A stretch of 64,000 nt of DNA from Lytechinus pictus (GCF_037042905.1 NC_087263.1:11038001-11102000), one strand, 5' to 3'; positions 36,801 through 50,469 are shown, numbered from the stretch's first letter. Numbers and translations are program-made. The notes: generated by a model not told the origin, from the letters alone.

Positions 36801-39712
36801 TTGAGTTTGGTCAATACAATTTTGATTAATTCTACTAAATTTTTACTTTTTGTTGCTTCTTTTTTTCTCGTAAAATCGATTCTTACCGTTTTTATGGACA
36901 CTCTCCCGCGTGTATCGTTTGTAATTTTAATAATTTTAACGCGCGAAAGGTGGTCGGTTTCAAAAGAGGTGGTCCATATGTGGTAGTCTCACCATACCGG
37001 TACTTACACAACATTACATTACATGTACATATTTTGCAGAGATCAATTTTCTTTTTTTACGATATCATATCAGTGATATAATCCGTTCGACATGGCAAAC
37101 TAATTTCACAAGCAAGCAGTCAATCACCACAACACACACCAAAAATGCACAGGCACTATCACTCACATGATTTTAACTCCAAAATCCCCTTTGTAAAGTC
37201 AAATTTCGCCACAACAAATGTGGATTCTGTGCCATATTTCAAGAGCACACAGTGGCAAAGCTCAAATTTAAAACGCGGCGTCGCCGGTGTGCCCCCGCCC
37301 CCCCCCCTTAATTGAAAGTGAGGACCTTTTTTTTTTGCTTGTCAAATTTTCCACAAAACATGCAAAAGAAAAGAAATGATCTAGACCTAGGCCACGTACG
37401 TGCAACCCGGAAATCTTATGGGCGCCGCCATTAATTTTCCATTTCGTCAAACTTCGCGCTGATTGCTGGATCCTTTTTTGGTCTCATGAAATCTGAGCCA
37501 ATCACAACCATCGTTTCCTTACAAAATATGAATATGCATGATTATAAAAGAGATTTTCACCCTCTTTCATATCATTTATATTTTGTTATGGTTCTTAGTT
37601 AAAAAATAAATTAAAATATCACTTTAAATGACCCATTTTTCTCATGAAAAAAATTAATTTAAAATAGATATATTTTAGTCAATCATATAAAAAAACTGCA
37701 ACTTTTTTATGAATTCTTTCAAAAAATATATTATTCTAAATGATCATCCCGATCTTTTTCTCATTTACAATTACAAGTGTTAAATTCATCCTGAGGCTGC
37801 AGTGCCATGTGAAGAACGGCAAATTCAGAGTGAAATATTGTGAGATTTGACATATGTATCTCTGGAGGACGATTTTTTGGAAAGTAAGGGATATTTAGAA
37901 TTATCGCTCGAAGGATTCAAAAGAATACATTTCAATCGTTAATATTTGGGTGGCTTTTGAAATAATGTTGCTAATAAATATGTTTTTTAATAAAAACTAA
38001 CGATAGATAAAGCCGCCAACATGTGAATTTCACCGTACGCTGCCTTCTTAGGCGCCCGTGCGTAGCGGCCTCGATTTTCCCTGGAACGCGGTGGCCTGTG
38101 TAGTCCCATATTGGACTTTCCGCGTTACATTGAAATTTAACCTACTCATAGTTATTCATGATCCTTTTAAAATATAACTAAATGTTGTAAGATTCAAATC
38201 TGTAGGCATATCAATAATATATGTATTCATGAATATCATTTGTGAATTTTAACCAGTTTGAGATACAAACACGCTTTCAAATTCAATTTTTAAAGTGAGT
38301 GACTGAGCTGAAATAGGTGAACAGCTCCAACTCACGACTGATTGTGCAAGTCAAGCCAAGGCAATTGACTGTTATTATCTTCCATTATGCCGATTAAAAA
38401 ATGTTCAGTTAGATCCATCTTACCTTTGTATTTTTGTGCTCAACGCCAGGTCAACGGTACTTGATAGTTGAGTTGCTCGCTGACCAGGCCAGGTCCACGT
38501 CCACACGGGGGAGGAGGCGGGGGTGGGGCATCAGTCCGGGGCATTTTCAATGATTTTCTTTAAAATTAGACAACCCCATATCTGCATTAACATTTAATGC
38601 AATTTTTTTTTTATAGATCTTTGATACAAAACTTTATTTATTTCATCTCGATCACTACCATCTCTCTCGCTCTCTTTCTTGGGGTTAAGGCCAGAAGGGT
38701 ACATGTACGTGCGTTGAGGGCTCTTCTGTCAAGATAGCCTATTCATCATGATATACGCACATGTTTCTCATTGATATCTTGTTCTTTGGGTCTGAATCAA
38801 AATTACCTCATCAATACAGTGAATAAAGAGATTGATCTGGGTACATATTGTTGCCTTGACTAGAGATCAGAAATTGATTTATCAGCATTTTCCTTTTTTC
38901 ACATATATATGTTTCTGACATCTGCTAAATCTTGAAGATTTTGCAAAACACACGTAGTGGACAGCATGAATTGTGATTAGAAATGATTACAATTATTTTG
39001 CTCTTTTCTCATCGAATATAAATTTTCTTTCAATTAGTTTCGTATGGTTATTTACTGTAATTGAGATTGTGGTATGAACAAGAATATTTTTTTTTTTTTA
39101 AATTTAATATTACTTCATATTAATTTTCTTATCATGACCGCTGAATCCATAATCATATTCGGTTCAGAGTTTACCAGGAGTAATCTGTCTAGCCAGGAGC
39201 AAGCAAACATGGTTCGCATGCTTCAGAAACAGATTTTGTTTCAGGTAAGAATCTTCATGCCCTGGCTACTGATGAAGAGCATGCATGTTTAGTTTTGTTT
39301 TTAGTTTGATAAAAATTGTATTTTAACAAGATTACCGCAATGAGCATATTTTCCTTGCATGTTGAGAGTTAATCAGAATGTGTAGAAATGAGGGGGGGGG
39401 GGCAACATTATGATTGTCTACATTAAAAACTCAATGATTGTATTAAAACTTAAAAGACCAGTAACAGTGAGAGAGAGAGAGAGAGAGCATAAAGGAAGAT
39501 TAATTTGCTTTTTGAAATTGTGTTGTTCACTTGCCTTCAATACAGGTCTACATTGTACTGTTTACCTTTCGTATAATAATATTTGAAATTCAATATCTAT
39601 AATTTTTTTTAATAGGGGCCAGCCAGATGAAGAGTTTTAAACATTAAATTCATTTAATAAATTTCTCCTCAAAGTTTCCAAGGGAAAATAAGAGACATAA
39701 GCTACCTCCAAC

Positions 39713-42700
39713 CATGGGCGGAAATCCCAGGGGGGACAGGGGGGACGTGTCCCCCCTACCAAAAATAGTAGGGGGGACACAATATCAAATGTCCCCCCTA
39801 CTATTTTTGGTCTTTTATGATGGAGAAAAATGCATCATTCACATTCGAAATAATACATGTATTTTGGACTAAATGACCTTACATTTTGAGTGAAAACCTT
39901 TGTTTTTTTTGCTTGTCAAGTTTTCCAGAGTGAATAAAATAAGATGAGGGGAAGACTTGGAAAATAAAAAGAATATTTCATGTCACTATATAAAATTTTC
40001 GCTCGCATTGCCTGTTAGATGATTTTTCAATATGGAGCTTATACAGTGCGTATCAAAAAAAAGTTTACACTTTGAAAAAATCCTGTAAAATTATACACTT
40101 GTAATATCCTGAAGATTTTTCCACATTTGAACATTGGTACAGATCCATTTAAGCAAATGACAATATAACTGTCGAAAAATATTTCTGCTTGAGTGAGCAC
40201 CACTTACTTTTGAAAAGTTAGTGAAAAATGATTTGCGCAGAACTTTGAAATAGTTATGCGAATAAAAGTAGACCTTAATCATGAAGAACAAGTGGAATTT
40301 AGCTAGTAAAATTGATTTGAAGATATCTTTTACCTTTCTTGACTTGTTTCTTTGCCCAAAACACTTCAAAAAGTGCATTTCACCCCACCCCACTCCCCCA
40401 CACATCGAGGCCATCGTGACGATATTTGCTTTACACTGAGCTGTGATTTACATGAAATGGCTTAGGCTTGATTTTCATTTTGTTAATCATTGTCAAGCTT
40501 GGGAAAAGTGTGGAGAAACAAGTATTAAATGAAAAATGAAATGTAAACCCACTTTAAATGATAAAAACTTAGTGAAAAAATGCTGGAGATGTCTGATATA
40601 AACTTTTGTTCAGATTCAGTTATGTCCTCAGATCCAGCTGGCACAAAAAGGGTAAAGGTTGTGCTTACTAAGTGTTGAAATTTCAATTTGGGTGGCAAAA
40701 TTGTTACAAAATGCTTGAATGTATCCGTTTTATTTCAATTGACTAAAAGTGCAAGGGAAATGTATGAGAAATGTTCAGCAGGGTAAGTTTGATTTTGCCC
40801 TTTCCCCTTGACACAGCGGTGAAAACAAGCATTTCTGCGCAAACAGATTTCTGCGAGCTTTACAAAAATGGACAGTGCTCATTCAAGTGTAACATTCCGT
40901 CAAAACTTTTACTTTCATTGGATAGATGAGACCCAAACCCAAGATTATATGTGAAAAAATTACCCACATGTTGTATATTTTTTAATTCCCAGGGCTTTTT
41001 CAAAGTGTAATTTTTTTTTGATACGCACTGTAGATCAAGTTTGGAAGTCAACATACATTATACATTTCACCTCGGAAATCGAACTTTCATTATTTTGTGT
41101 GATTTACAAACTGATTTTTCAAAAAGTGCTCTGTAAAAGAGACAGCTTTATGGTCTGAATATTGATATTTTCTACTTGCACCGAGCGCTTGCAAAATTCG
41201 ATTTATTCAGAACCTATTATTTTTGTGTATTCCATTTAGTATTGAAAAATATCCCTTTTCAAGTCTGATTGTCAAAACGTAGCAGATAGCGCTACTCGCA
41301 TTTTGATTGGCGATTTATGTATGTCTCAATATTGATTTTTATGAGAGCTTATCAAAGATTTTGGCTCGCGATTTGCGCTCGCATTAATGGTTAAAAATAT
41401 TTTAACTGATGCATTCTGTTCATAATTACTAAAGTGCTTGAAAAGTCCAGTTTTCAGGCCATAATATCATCAGATTTCTCGCCCTCATTAGGCATTAATA
41501 AATAAGATATTAATTTAATGATCCATATCCACCTCACAATTTTCCTACAAAGTGCTTGAAATATACAGCTAAAATTGACTCTTTTTCAGATCGGAATATC
41601 AAATAGTTTAAGCTCGCTCCGCGCTCGCTGATAGATGTGTAGAATGCCGAGATTCTAGGTCTAAATCTGAAACACGCGCATGTTTATTCAGATATTCAAC
41701 TTGTTCTCTATTTCAATCATTATCCAGTTTTTATCCATTATTAATGTAGAAAGATCCCCTATTACTCACACTTTTCATGATTTACAAAACATGAGTGGAG
41801 TGTCACGTTTTTAGGTCTAAATCTCGAATTCTTCTGCTCACGCATCAATTGTTTAGTTATATAGCTACCCTGTTCACGATTACAAAAATTGATTAAAATT
41901 TTCGATTCTTTTTGTAGAAATGTCAAAAATTTTCAGCTCGCGATTCGTGCTAGCATTATTTGATTGTTGAAATATGTAACGTCTTCATGACTAAGTGCAA
42001 GCAGTCCTTAACAAGTACCTTTTCGATCGATTCAAATTAAACGTATAAATGGTATATGAACGTTTTCTGGCTGCATTTTGCACTCGCATTATTAATGTAA
42101 GGACCGGGTGTAAGGAAGACCCCCAATTACTCAACCTTTTCATGATTTAAAAAACATGAATAGAGTTTCTCGTTCTTAGGTCTAAATCTCAAAATTTTTC
42201 GCTCGCGCTTCGCATCAATTGTTTAGTATTATACCTATTATATGTTTAAGTTTTACAAAAAGTGCTTAGAATTTCCAGTCTTTGGGTAAAAATTTCAAAA
42301 ATTCAGCTCGCGCTTCGCGCTCGCATTATTTTGATTGTTGAAATATGTAACGTCTTCATGGCTAACTGCAAACAGTCTTTAACAGGTACCATTTCCATCA
42401 GTTAACCTCTGCTCGCACTTCGCGTTCGTATATAGTAAATATTTATAATTGTATATACATCTTTTTCAGGATAACAAACATTGCCCAGAATGTTCAAATT
42501 TTAGGAAAAAATACACAAATTTGCCCAAAAAATTATGCTCACGCTTCGCGCTCGCATTATATAAATAAGGACAATGATATTATACATTTATGTTGATTTA
42601 TAAGAATAAAGCTAAAAAGTGACCCTGAGGACTACTCCTTCAATGAAACAGACAAAATTACCTTCAAGCGGCCGATCGGGGATTAACATTTGGCTGAAAA

Positions 42701-42775
42701 CATTTCCCCCCCCCCCCCCCCCAATTGGCGAAGGCTGTTGTCCCCCCTACCTTTCGGGACAGATTTCCGCCCATG
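39713..42775. mobile_element. Non-autonomous hAT element with 8-bp TSD, containing a nested Tc1/mariner-type MITE
   Basis: 14-bp TIR catgggcggaaatc / gatttccgcccatg; TSD CCTCCAAC; internal gctcgcgcttcgcgctcgc repeats. Confidence 0.85.
40044..41030. mobile_element. Tc1/mariner-type MITE
   Basis: TA|cagtgcgtatcaaaaaaaa...tttttttgatacgcactg|TA with ~45-bp imperfect TIR. Confidence 0.85.
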
Positions 42776-43053
42776 CCTCCAACTCCACTCGTGATAAACA
42801 TATAACATTACCATGAAAAACATTTTATAAATACTAACACAAAATAAAAAAAGAATCAAATTACAAAATTGCAACATTTACATTATAATAGCAATGAATA
42901 ATAAACATGATTTTTACATAAACAAGTACAAATTGGCAAAATGATTGAAGGAATAACAGCCAGTGGAAGAAGTTACATTGAACAGCCATTATAATTATTA
43001 TTATCATTACTATTATTATTATCATTGTCATTAATTTATTTATAATTATTATT

Positions 43054-44736
43054 AGGAGTGGGCTATAAATGGGTGATTTTTGGTTTTACTGTGGGAACAG
43101 TTTTTTTGTGTTCCTTTTACCTTATCTCAACATGAAATGAAAATATTTTTTGTCTCGGGTCCGAGAAAAAAGTGTGCCGGGCCAAAATCCAAAATGGCTG
43201 CCAAAGCCCCCCAAAATCACAGTTTTGGCCACAACTTTTTTATTTGGTGGTAATTTTCTCTGGTTTTGGTGTCTATTCATATGTTTTTGGGGGCAGGCAA
43301 TTTGTTTTTCCTATAATTAGTACTTTTAAACCATTATTTGTAGAGTTAAAAGGTAATTTTACCTAAATTTTCCCATTTTTGTAGCCTTTTTTCAGCCAAA
43401 AAGTAGGTTTTATCATCCTGGGGTTCTGGGATATTGGATGGTACGAGGTCAACAATAGCAAGCAGCTTCATGTAGCTATATTGCTTTTATTCCTCCACTT
43501 TGGGTTTTACTGATATTTGTGAAATACATCTTATCAAATAAAAGAAAATTCATTTATCCATAGGGGCTATACGGTGTACAATCGGCACTGTACATACTAC
43601 AATGTATATATCCATGCATTGACCACCATGGCATATGACAAGGCCTGTATATAAACTATAGTGTCATAGAAATGAGCTTCAAAGGTTTAGAATTAGATTG
43701 TGAATTTGATTCCTTGTCAGCTAGCAACGTAAATTACACTTACATGTAAATATCACATACAATGTATATATACGTACATCACATTTTTATCCATATCTTC
43801 TTCATTTTGAGGCTTTTATTTTAACCTGGTTCTGGTGTCTAACTGGACTATGTTTATGGGGTCAGGTAACTACTAGTATCACGGTAACGCTGATCAACAG
43901 CCAATCAGAATAAAGGATTGCATGCAAGTTACCATTAAGTTAAGTTAACATAATGGTAAAATTTTATGCAACGGGGCCCAGAATAGCTACAGTGTAAATT
44001 ACCTCTCTCCGCCCCCTGAATTAGCATATTTGACAAAACATGTCCTCAATTTCTGAGACAAAACAAATCTTCAATTTCTGAGGCATCTAATTCTAAACCT
44101 GAGAGCTCATTTCTATGACACTATAGTTTATACAAGCCTTGTTATCTGTCATAGTGGCCAATGCATTTATGCAGTGCAGTATGTATGTACAGTACATTGT
44201 ACATACTGTATAGCCCCAATGGATAATTGACATTTTTTTATTTAATAAGATATATTTCACAAATATCCATAAAACCCAAAGTGGAGGAATAAAAGCAATA
44301 TAGCTATATGAAGCTGCTTGCTATTGTTGACCTCGTACCATCTAATATCCCAGAACCCCAGGATGATAAAACCTACTTTTTGGCTGAAAAAAGGCTACAA
44401 AAATGGGAAAATTTAGGTATAATTACCTTTTAACTCTACAAATAATGGTTTAAAAGTACTAATTATATGAAAAACAAATTGCCTGCCCCCAAAAACACAT
44501 AAATAGACACCAAAACGAGAGAAATTGACCACCAAGTAAAAAAGTTGTGGCCAAAACTGTGATTTTGGGGGGTTTTGGCGGCCATTTTGGATTTTGGCCC
44601 GGCACACTTTTTTCTCGGACCCGAGACAAAAATTATTGTCATTTCATGTTGAGATACATTACAAGGAATGAAAAAAAACTGTTGTCATATTGAAATTACA
44701 AAAAAAGTATTTTTGACCCATGTATAGCCCACTCCT
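43054..44736. mobile_element. Foldback (possibly Mutator-like) element with ~640-bp terminal inverted repeats
   Basis: Arms ~43054-43700 and ~44085-44736 are reverse complements (mirror ORFs 43172+ and 44413-); flanked by ATTATTATT on both sides. Confidence 0.85.
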
Positions 44737-47700
44737 ATTATTATTTTATTTTAATTGTTATTATTATCATTATTATTATTTCCTGCTGCAAAACTATAAA
44801 ACCAATCATATCATTTCTTTGTGATTGAGTATATTGGCACAGCTACACATGTGGGGCAAGGGGAGGGGGGGGTGTACATCCTTTTCATCACAATATTGCT
44901 CTTTTAGCTTTAATTTTCTGGTAAAATTTTCAGGAAAATTCAAAACTGGAACTCTCTTTGTCTTACGAGGTATTTTAATGCCACAGAATCAGCACGATTT
45001 TGTAAGATTTGGGATGTGGTGCTCCATAGACACACACATAATGACACAGTACACACTATAGGGGCCTGTGGACAAGGGTAGATTCAAGACTCAATAGCGG
45101 GAAAGTTTGAAATTAACACTTGTAATTGTCAATGATGAATGAATAAAGTGTTGCAAATGACCTAAATAATACAAAAAATCATGAAATTAGGATACAATAA
45201 GTTGCAGAATCGAGATATTATTGATGATTTGAACTATACCCAAAATGTGCAAGAGCACCACCGTAACTCGGGAGGACGTGCGACGCCGGGGAAGAAGGCT
45301 TTGTTAAACATTAAACATCATGAGTATTGATGAATTTTATATGTATTGATTCGTTATACATTCCTAAATTCGAAAATCGACACGACTTATTTTCCGAACC
45401 ATCCCTAAATTAATTATTGTGGCCTAAAGTCACCTTATAATTACGAGCCTGTCTCTTACGATTTTTTTTGTAAAATTTGACGAGCGCCCTCTCGCAACGT
45501 AGTGGTGAAATTAACCAAGATGGCGCGACACATATACTTTCCATTGACTGCGTGTAACGTGCACGTACGTGAGGCCTAACTGTTAAAATTTGAGGTGAAC
45601 TGAAATTTTTTTTTTTTTTGCTTGTCAAATTTTCAAAAATGTGCCCTCCCCCTTTTTGGGGAAAACCTGATCCGCCCCGGCCCTGCTTTCTTATTAGAGC
45701 TCAAACAGTAAGGGCATCCTTTCAAATGCCAGTCCTCGTTCCCTGTCGTTTTAAGCCCTAGCCTAGCCGGCCAAGCTTTGCCTTTGTCGGACTCGGAGAC
45801 GGAGTACGAGTTTGGCCTTCCCGACGTCCGACTGAGCAGAGACACGCAAGCTGGCCGGCTGACCTCGGGAAGCTCCGGGGTAGCGTGCAGTCAATGCCGC
45901 CAGCGCACACAGCCACTTTTCGCTTCGAAGTGGAGCAGCCTAACTAAGATTTTCAGCCGCTAAGCACAACGTTAGCGTCTTCACAAACAAAACAATAGGG
46001 CATGAGAAATTGAAACCATGTCAAGAGAAATTACCGATTGTTACCAGTTACAAGCAAATCGAAAAAGGTATTCTTGTTTTCTCAGCCGAGCTTGAGACAG
46101 CTACTGAGCTAGCGAGACTGGCGCCTTCTTTCATCCATTTTTGTAAAGCGTCCATCACAACGCATTTTGCAACGTAGATGGCAGCATGCAAAGGCGGATT
46201 CAGGGGGGTGAAACTCCGCTTCTGCATCCGGTCAGAATTGGGGGAAATTTTGGAGGGTCAAAAGTGCACACTGCTCCCATTTTTCGTATACAAGCCTATG
46301 GACACCGCCACTGTCTTGGTACACCAGCGAAATGAAGGCGTGGTCATGGAACGTCCTTCGCGCATAGCGTAAAATATGTAAATTAGTATTTTGTCACTAA
46401 TTAGCATAATGCGCGACCTGATTTAATATCGTTGGTGTCTGTGATTACATCATGTCAGATCATTCGTTTTTTTCCTCCTCAGAGTTTTATTATTCATCTA
46501 TTTTAATGATCTTTTTGTTATTGCCTGTTAGATTATTACTGCATCGTTGCTTTGTTTTAGCTGCAAATGGCCAGGGTCTTTGCTAAAAAATATTACAGAG
46601 GAGGTTCCCAAAGAAAATGTTGCCATATGCGATGACATCTCTTTATGTTTCTGGAGCCCTTTTTTCTTTTTATTGCAGAAAACGAAATGAACCTTTTTTT
46701 CATAATATAAACAAAGATAATAACAAATCAAGTTCTTTTCCATAATTTTAGTCTCCAATATAAGTCCTATTATGAATAGCAGTCCTCGGAGCACTTAATT
46801 TTAAATGGCGACTTCTATGTCAAACATCAATAATCATGACCTAGGTATATACCATATTTTAGGGGGGAGGGGGTTCTCAAAATTAAATAGGCAAGAGAGC
46901 AAACCAATCGTAGGCTATAGGGTATTTCTTTTTTATTTTCAACTGAAAATGTATCTGGTGTAATTTTCATATGGAAAGAAAAAATACATTTTATATGTAT
47001 GTTTCAAAAATTTGGAGAAATAATTATAGCCCCCCCCCCCCCCCGTTGCCCGTCATGAACAGTAAGGTCTTATAATTGCTTCTTTCAAAACAAACTGAAC
47101 TTTCACCCCCCCCCCCATCTCTCTCTCTTTCTGTCTTGTCTCTCTCTCAGAAACTGACATAACTATATGCATACAAGCAAATAATTCTCCTGTCATTTTA
47201 CTTTCTTTCCCACTCTTATCCTTATTTTTCTTGAATAATATTTTAATTGACTGCTGTTTGATCTCATGTAACAGTGGCATCATCACATTTCAGTACAGTG
47301 CAACATCTTGTGCCATTTGTGCATAACAGCTCAGCAGCAATACATCATCACAATTAATTGATAAATGAAAATTACCAAGATAAAAAAATTCAATTCAAAA
47401 TTAACATGTTTATTAAGGAATGCATTTTCTAAAACATTGACATTAACATAAAAAAAATAATTAGCATCTACCAAGCATTAAATTGTATTTTAAAAAATGA
47501 AGGCAATGCATAGCTAAAAAGGGCTGTTACTGGGTAAGGGTAGTATGGGGTGGGTATATAAATGTACAAAAATAGGATTAAGTACATTTTTCTACATTGT
47601 ACAATGTTTGTTAAAATTTCATTCAAAGGATCTCGATGAGCCTATAGTTAATATTCCATAAAAGAGCATAAAAACCTTTGATATTCGTTTATTTTCTTCC

Positions 47701-50469
47701 ACAAAAGTTTGTCACTCAAAAAAATTGGTAAATTCCTTTCAAATTTGCTGACAAGAAATAGTCTACTGATGTGAGAGCACTCCTCATAAGGGGGGGGGGG
47801 GGTGGGACACAATGCCAGAATCCTAAAGAGTGCCTTCCCCAATCAATACATTAGCGAATCATTAACAAAATTTGATTTGTCTACTGTCACTGTGGTTAGA
47901 ATTCAATCTATTTTTGAAATATAGTCTATTTATATATTATTGCAGTGGTAGCCCATTTCACATAACGATAAATGCAACTTAATAACCCTACATAATTTAT
48001 GAAGACTTGCAGTGGCGTACCGTGGGTCACGGCATCGGGGGGGCACCAGCAAAAATTTTGAGACCGTTTCATATCTCTTCTTGGCACTTATGTTGTGATA
48101 CCAGTACTTAAACAGCTTAGGAAGTGGGAAACCTGCATGGTAAAAAAGAGAAAAGAACATAATAAGCTGTAAATTATTTTTACTCATCTAGTCCAGTTTA
48201 GTAAAAAAAAGATGTAAACTCTATTTTATATCTTCAGTGATAAAACAAGTTTAGCACATGCAGTCACTTTCGTCCCACATCCAGATAAATTCATATATCA
48301 ATATAACTATCTACAGTATGTTTTGAAAATAAAGAGTGCAAATTAATTCAAATATTTATCAGAATTTTGTGATAACTGTAATAATATCTTGGGTTTTTTA
48401 TGCAAATGCATGTATAGACAGGAGATATGGATAATTAGTATGCAGTGTTAGAAATGGAAATACTGGTGAATCTGAATTCAAACAAATATTAACTTACAAT
48501 GGAACTTTAACATTACATGATATCGCATCATGTTTCAGCACAATTGGCCATAGCCCACCCCCTCCCAAAAAAGGGGAAATATTCTTTTATTTATTTATTT
48601 ATTTATCTTTTTTTTTGGGGGGGGGGGGTGATGAGCTTGGATACAGCCTGTATATTATCAAAACAGTAAGCATACCTTGCAATTTTTCCATTCAGATATC
48701 CTGTTCCTCATTAGATTGTAACTAACACTTGCTGATCGGCATGGTTCCCAATTTTGTACTTCTGACTAGGTGTGAACTGCTAAGAACTTGGTCCCATTGG
48801 ATCTGCAATTGACAATTTAAATTTGAGAGTTTTAGAGATAATAAAATTACTCTTCTTAAACAATATTTTTGAAATTTCCAGCTGCCCATATCCCAGGTCT
48901 ATGAATGAATATTCCAAACTAGAACAAAAAATTTATCTGGACCCGAAACTTCATTCTCTATCACATAGAGACATAGGCCTACCTCACTCTGTTTATAAAA
49001 GTAAAATGATTCCAACCACATATTTCTACAGCTGTATATAGCTGAATCTGGTCTATGCTGGGCCTGTATAACTTAAGAATCACATCACATTTGAATGAAG
49101 TAAACACTAAGAACGTTTTCAAATTACCACCCAAGGCCGGGCCCAGGGTATCCTGTTCAAATAGACTTGATTTAGGTCTAGGGTAGGCTATGCCATTTCA
49201 TTCAAATCTAAGACTAAGACAAGTGACACTTAACATAACAGACATTAATGCTAAGACAATCGTATTTCAACACTGATTATTCTGAAGTAAAGCGTTCCTG
49301 AATAAAAGAAACTGCTGAGAATTATACTTTTTCATATGAAGATGAAATAGAGGGGACGGACTAGGCCTATATAAACTTCAACTTTCAAGCTTGAAGTTTG
49401 GGCCTAGTCCGTCCCCGCTATTTTCATACCCCATGACTACATCGACAATCTCGCTAGCCGGCTAGCACCGGCGATATCAAAGGCCGGATCCCGCGCGCTC
49501 TGACCATATCCCTACATTGACCTAAATTTGAATAGGCCTAAAATCGACAGTTTGTCGTTACTAAAAAACAGGAGGTCGGAAACAAGTCCACATCTACCCC
49601 TGATAATTGTCTAATCACAATAAAACTGAAATAAAGGTTTACTTTGGACCTACATGAAGCATTCCGATGAATGTCTAGATCTACGACAAACTATAGACCC
49701 CTAGTCCTAGATATACCGGTAGTATTTTTGATAAACTCAATGATCACACTTATTTGGAAGTCAGCTCAGGCAAAAGAAATATTGAAATTGAGGTTTACAT
49801 AGTGCGTAATACAGGATGAGCCCCGAACCCCGGCAAACACATTACAATTTGCAAGTGAGATCAAAACATGAAAATGAGCGTAACTTACTTTTATTCCTAT
49901 GGAATGTCATTAGAATAGTATTGATGTTCCCTCCAAGATTTTCCGCTCCAATGAAGTTCACTCAGAAACCATGATTTCGAACATCAATTCTATAAACAGA
50001 TAATTAGTCTAGCTATTTCGTTTCAGAAACTTCAAATTTGCAGAGTCCAAAAGAACGACACTTCGCACAGATATCGTAGGGAATTGTGGGACGGAAAAAA
50101 ATGTTTAATGCATGAGTACATGAATAAAACATTAGCGTTTAATCCAATCATACAAGTGCATTATGCGTATTTTGACGTCATTCTCATGAATAAAACATTG
50201 ACCCTCCAAAATCATCCTTCAAATTGTCCGCCGGCAGCCATGTTGGCTATGTACAAAACCTATGGGAAATAAAAACGCGCGGAAAGAGTTCCCTCTCTAG
50301 CTCCCTTCGGGAGCTTATACGTAAGATCGTATCTCTGTGGGCGGATTCTTCTTCTAGTACGGTACCGGTACTTTGGGCTATCAAGTAAAAACAATGACTA
50401 TTTTTTGTTACCCGGTTTTGACTTTTGCCACTGCTTTTTTGAGTTTTTTTTTCTTTGCAAGGATGAATA

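Noticed and set aside
43172..44607. Two near-identical 64-aa ORFs on opposite strands
   Set aside because: A by-product of the foldback arms; non-ATG start and no recognisable domain
50298..50358. Helitron 3' end (hairpin followed by CTAG|T)
   Set aside because: Hairpin-to-CTAG spacing of about 40 nt is longer than typical, and no 5' TC end or Rep/helicase was found
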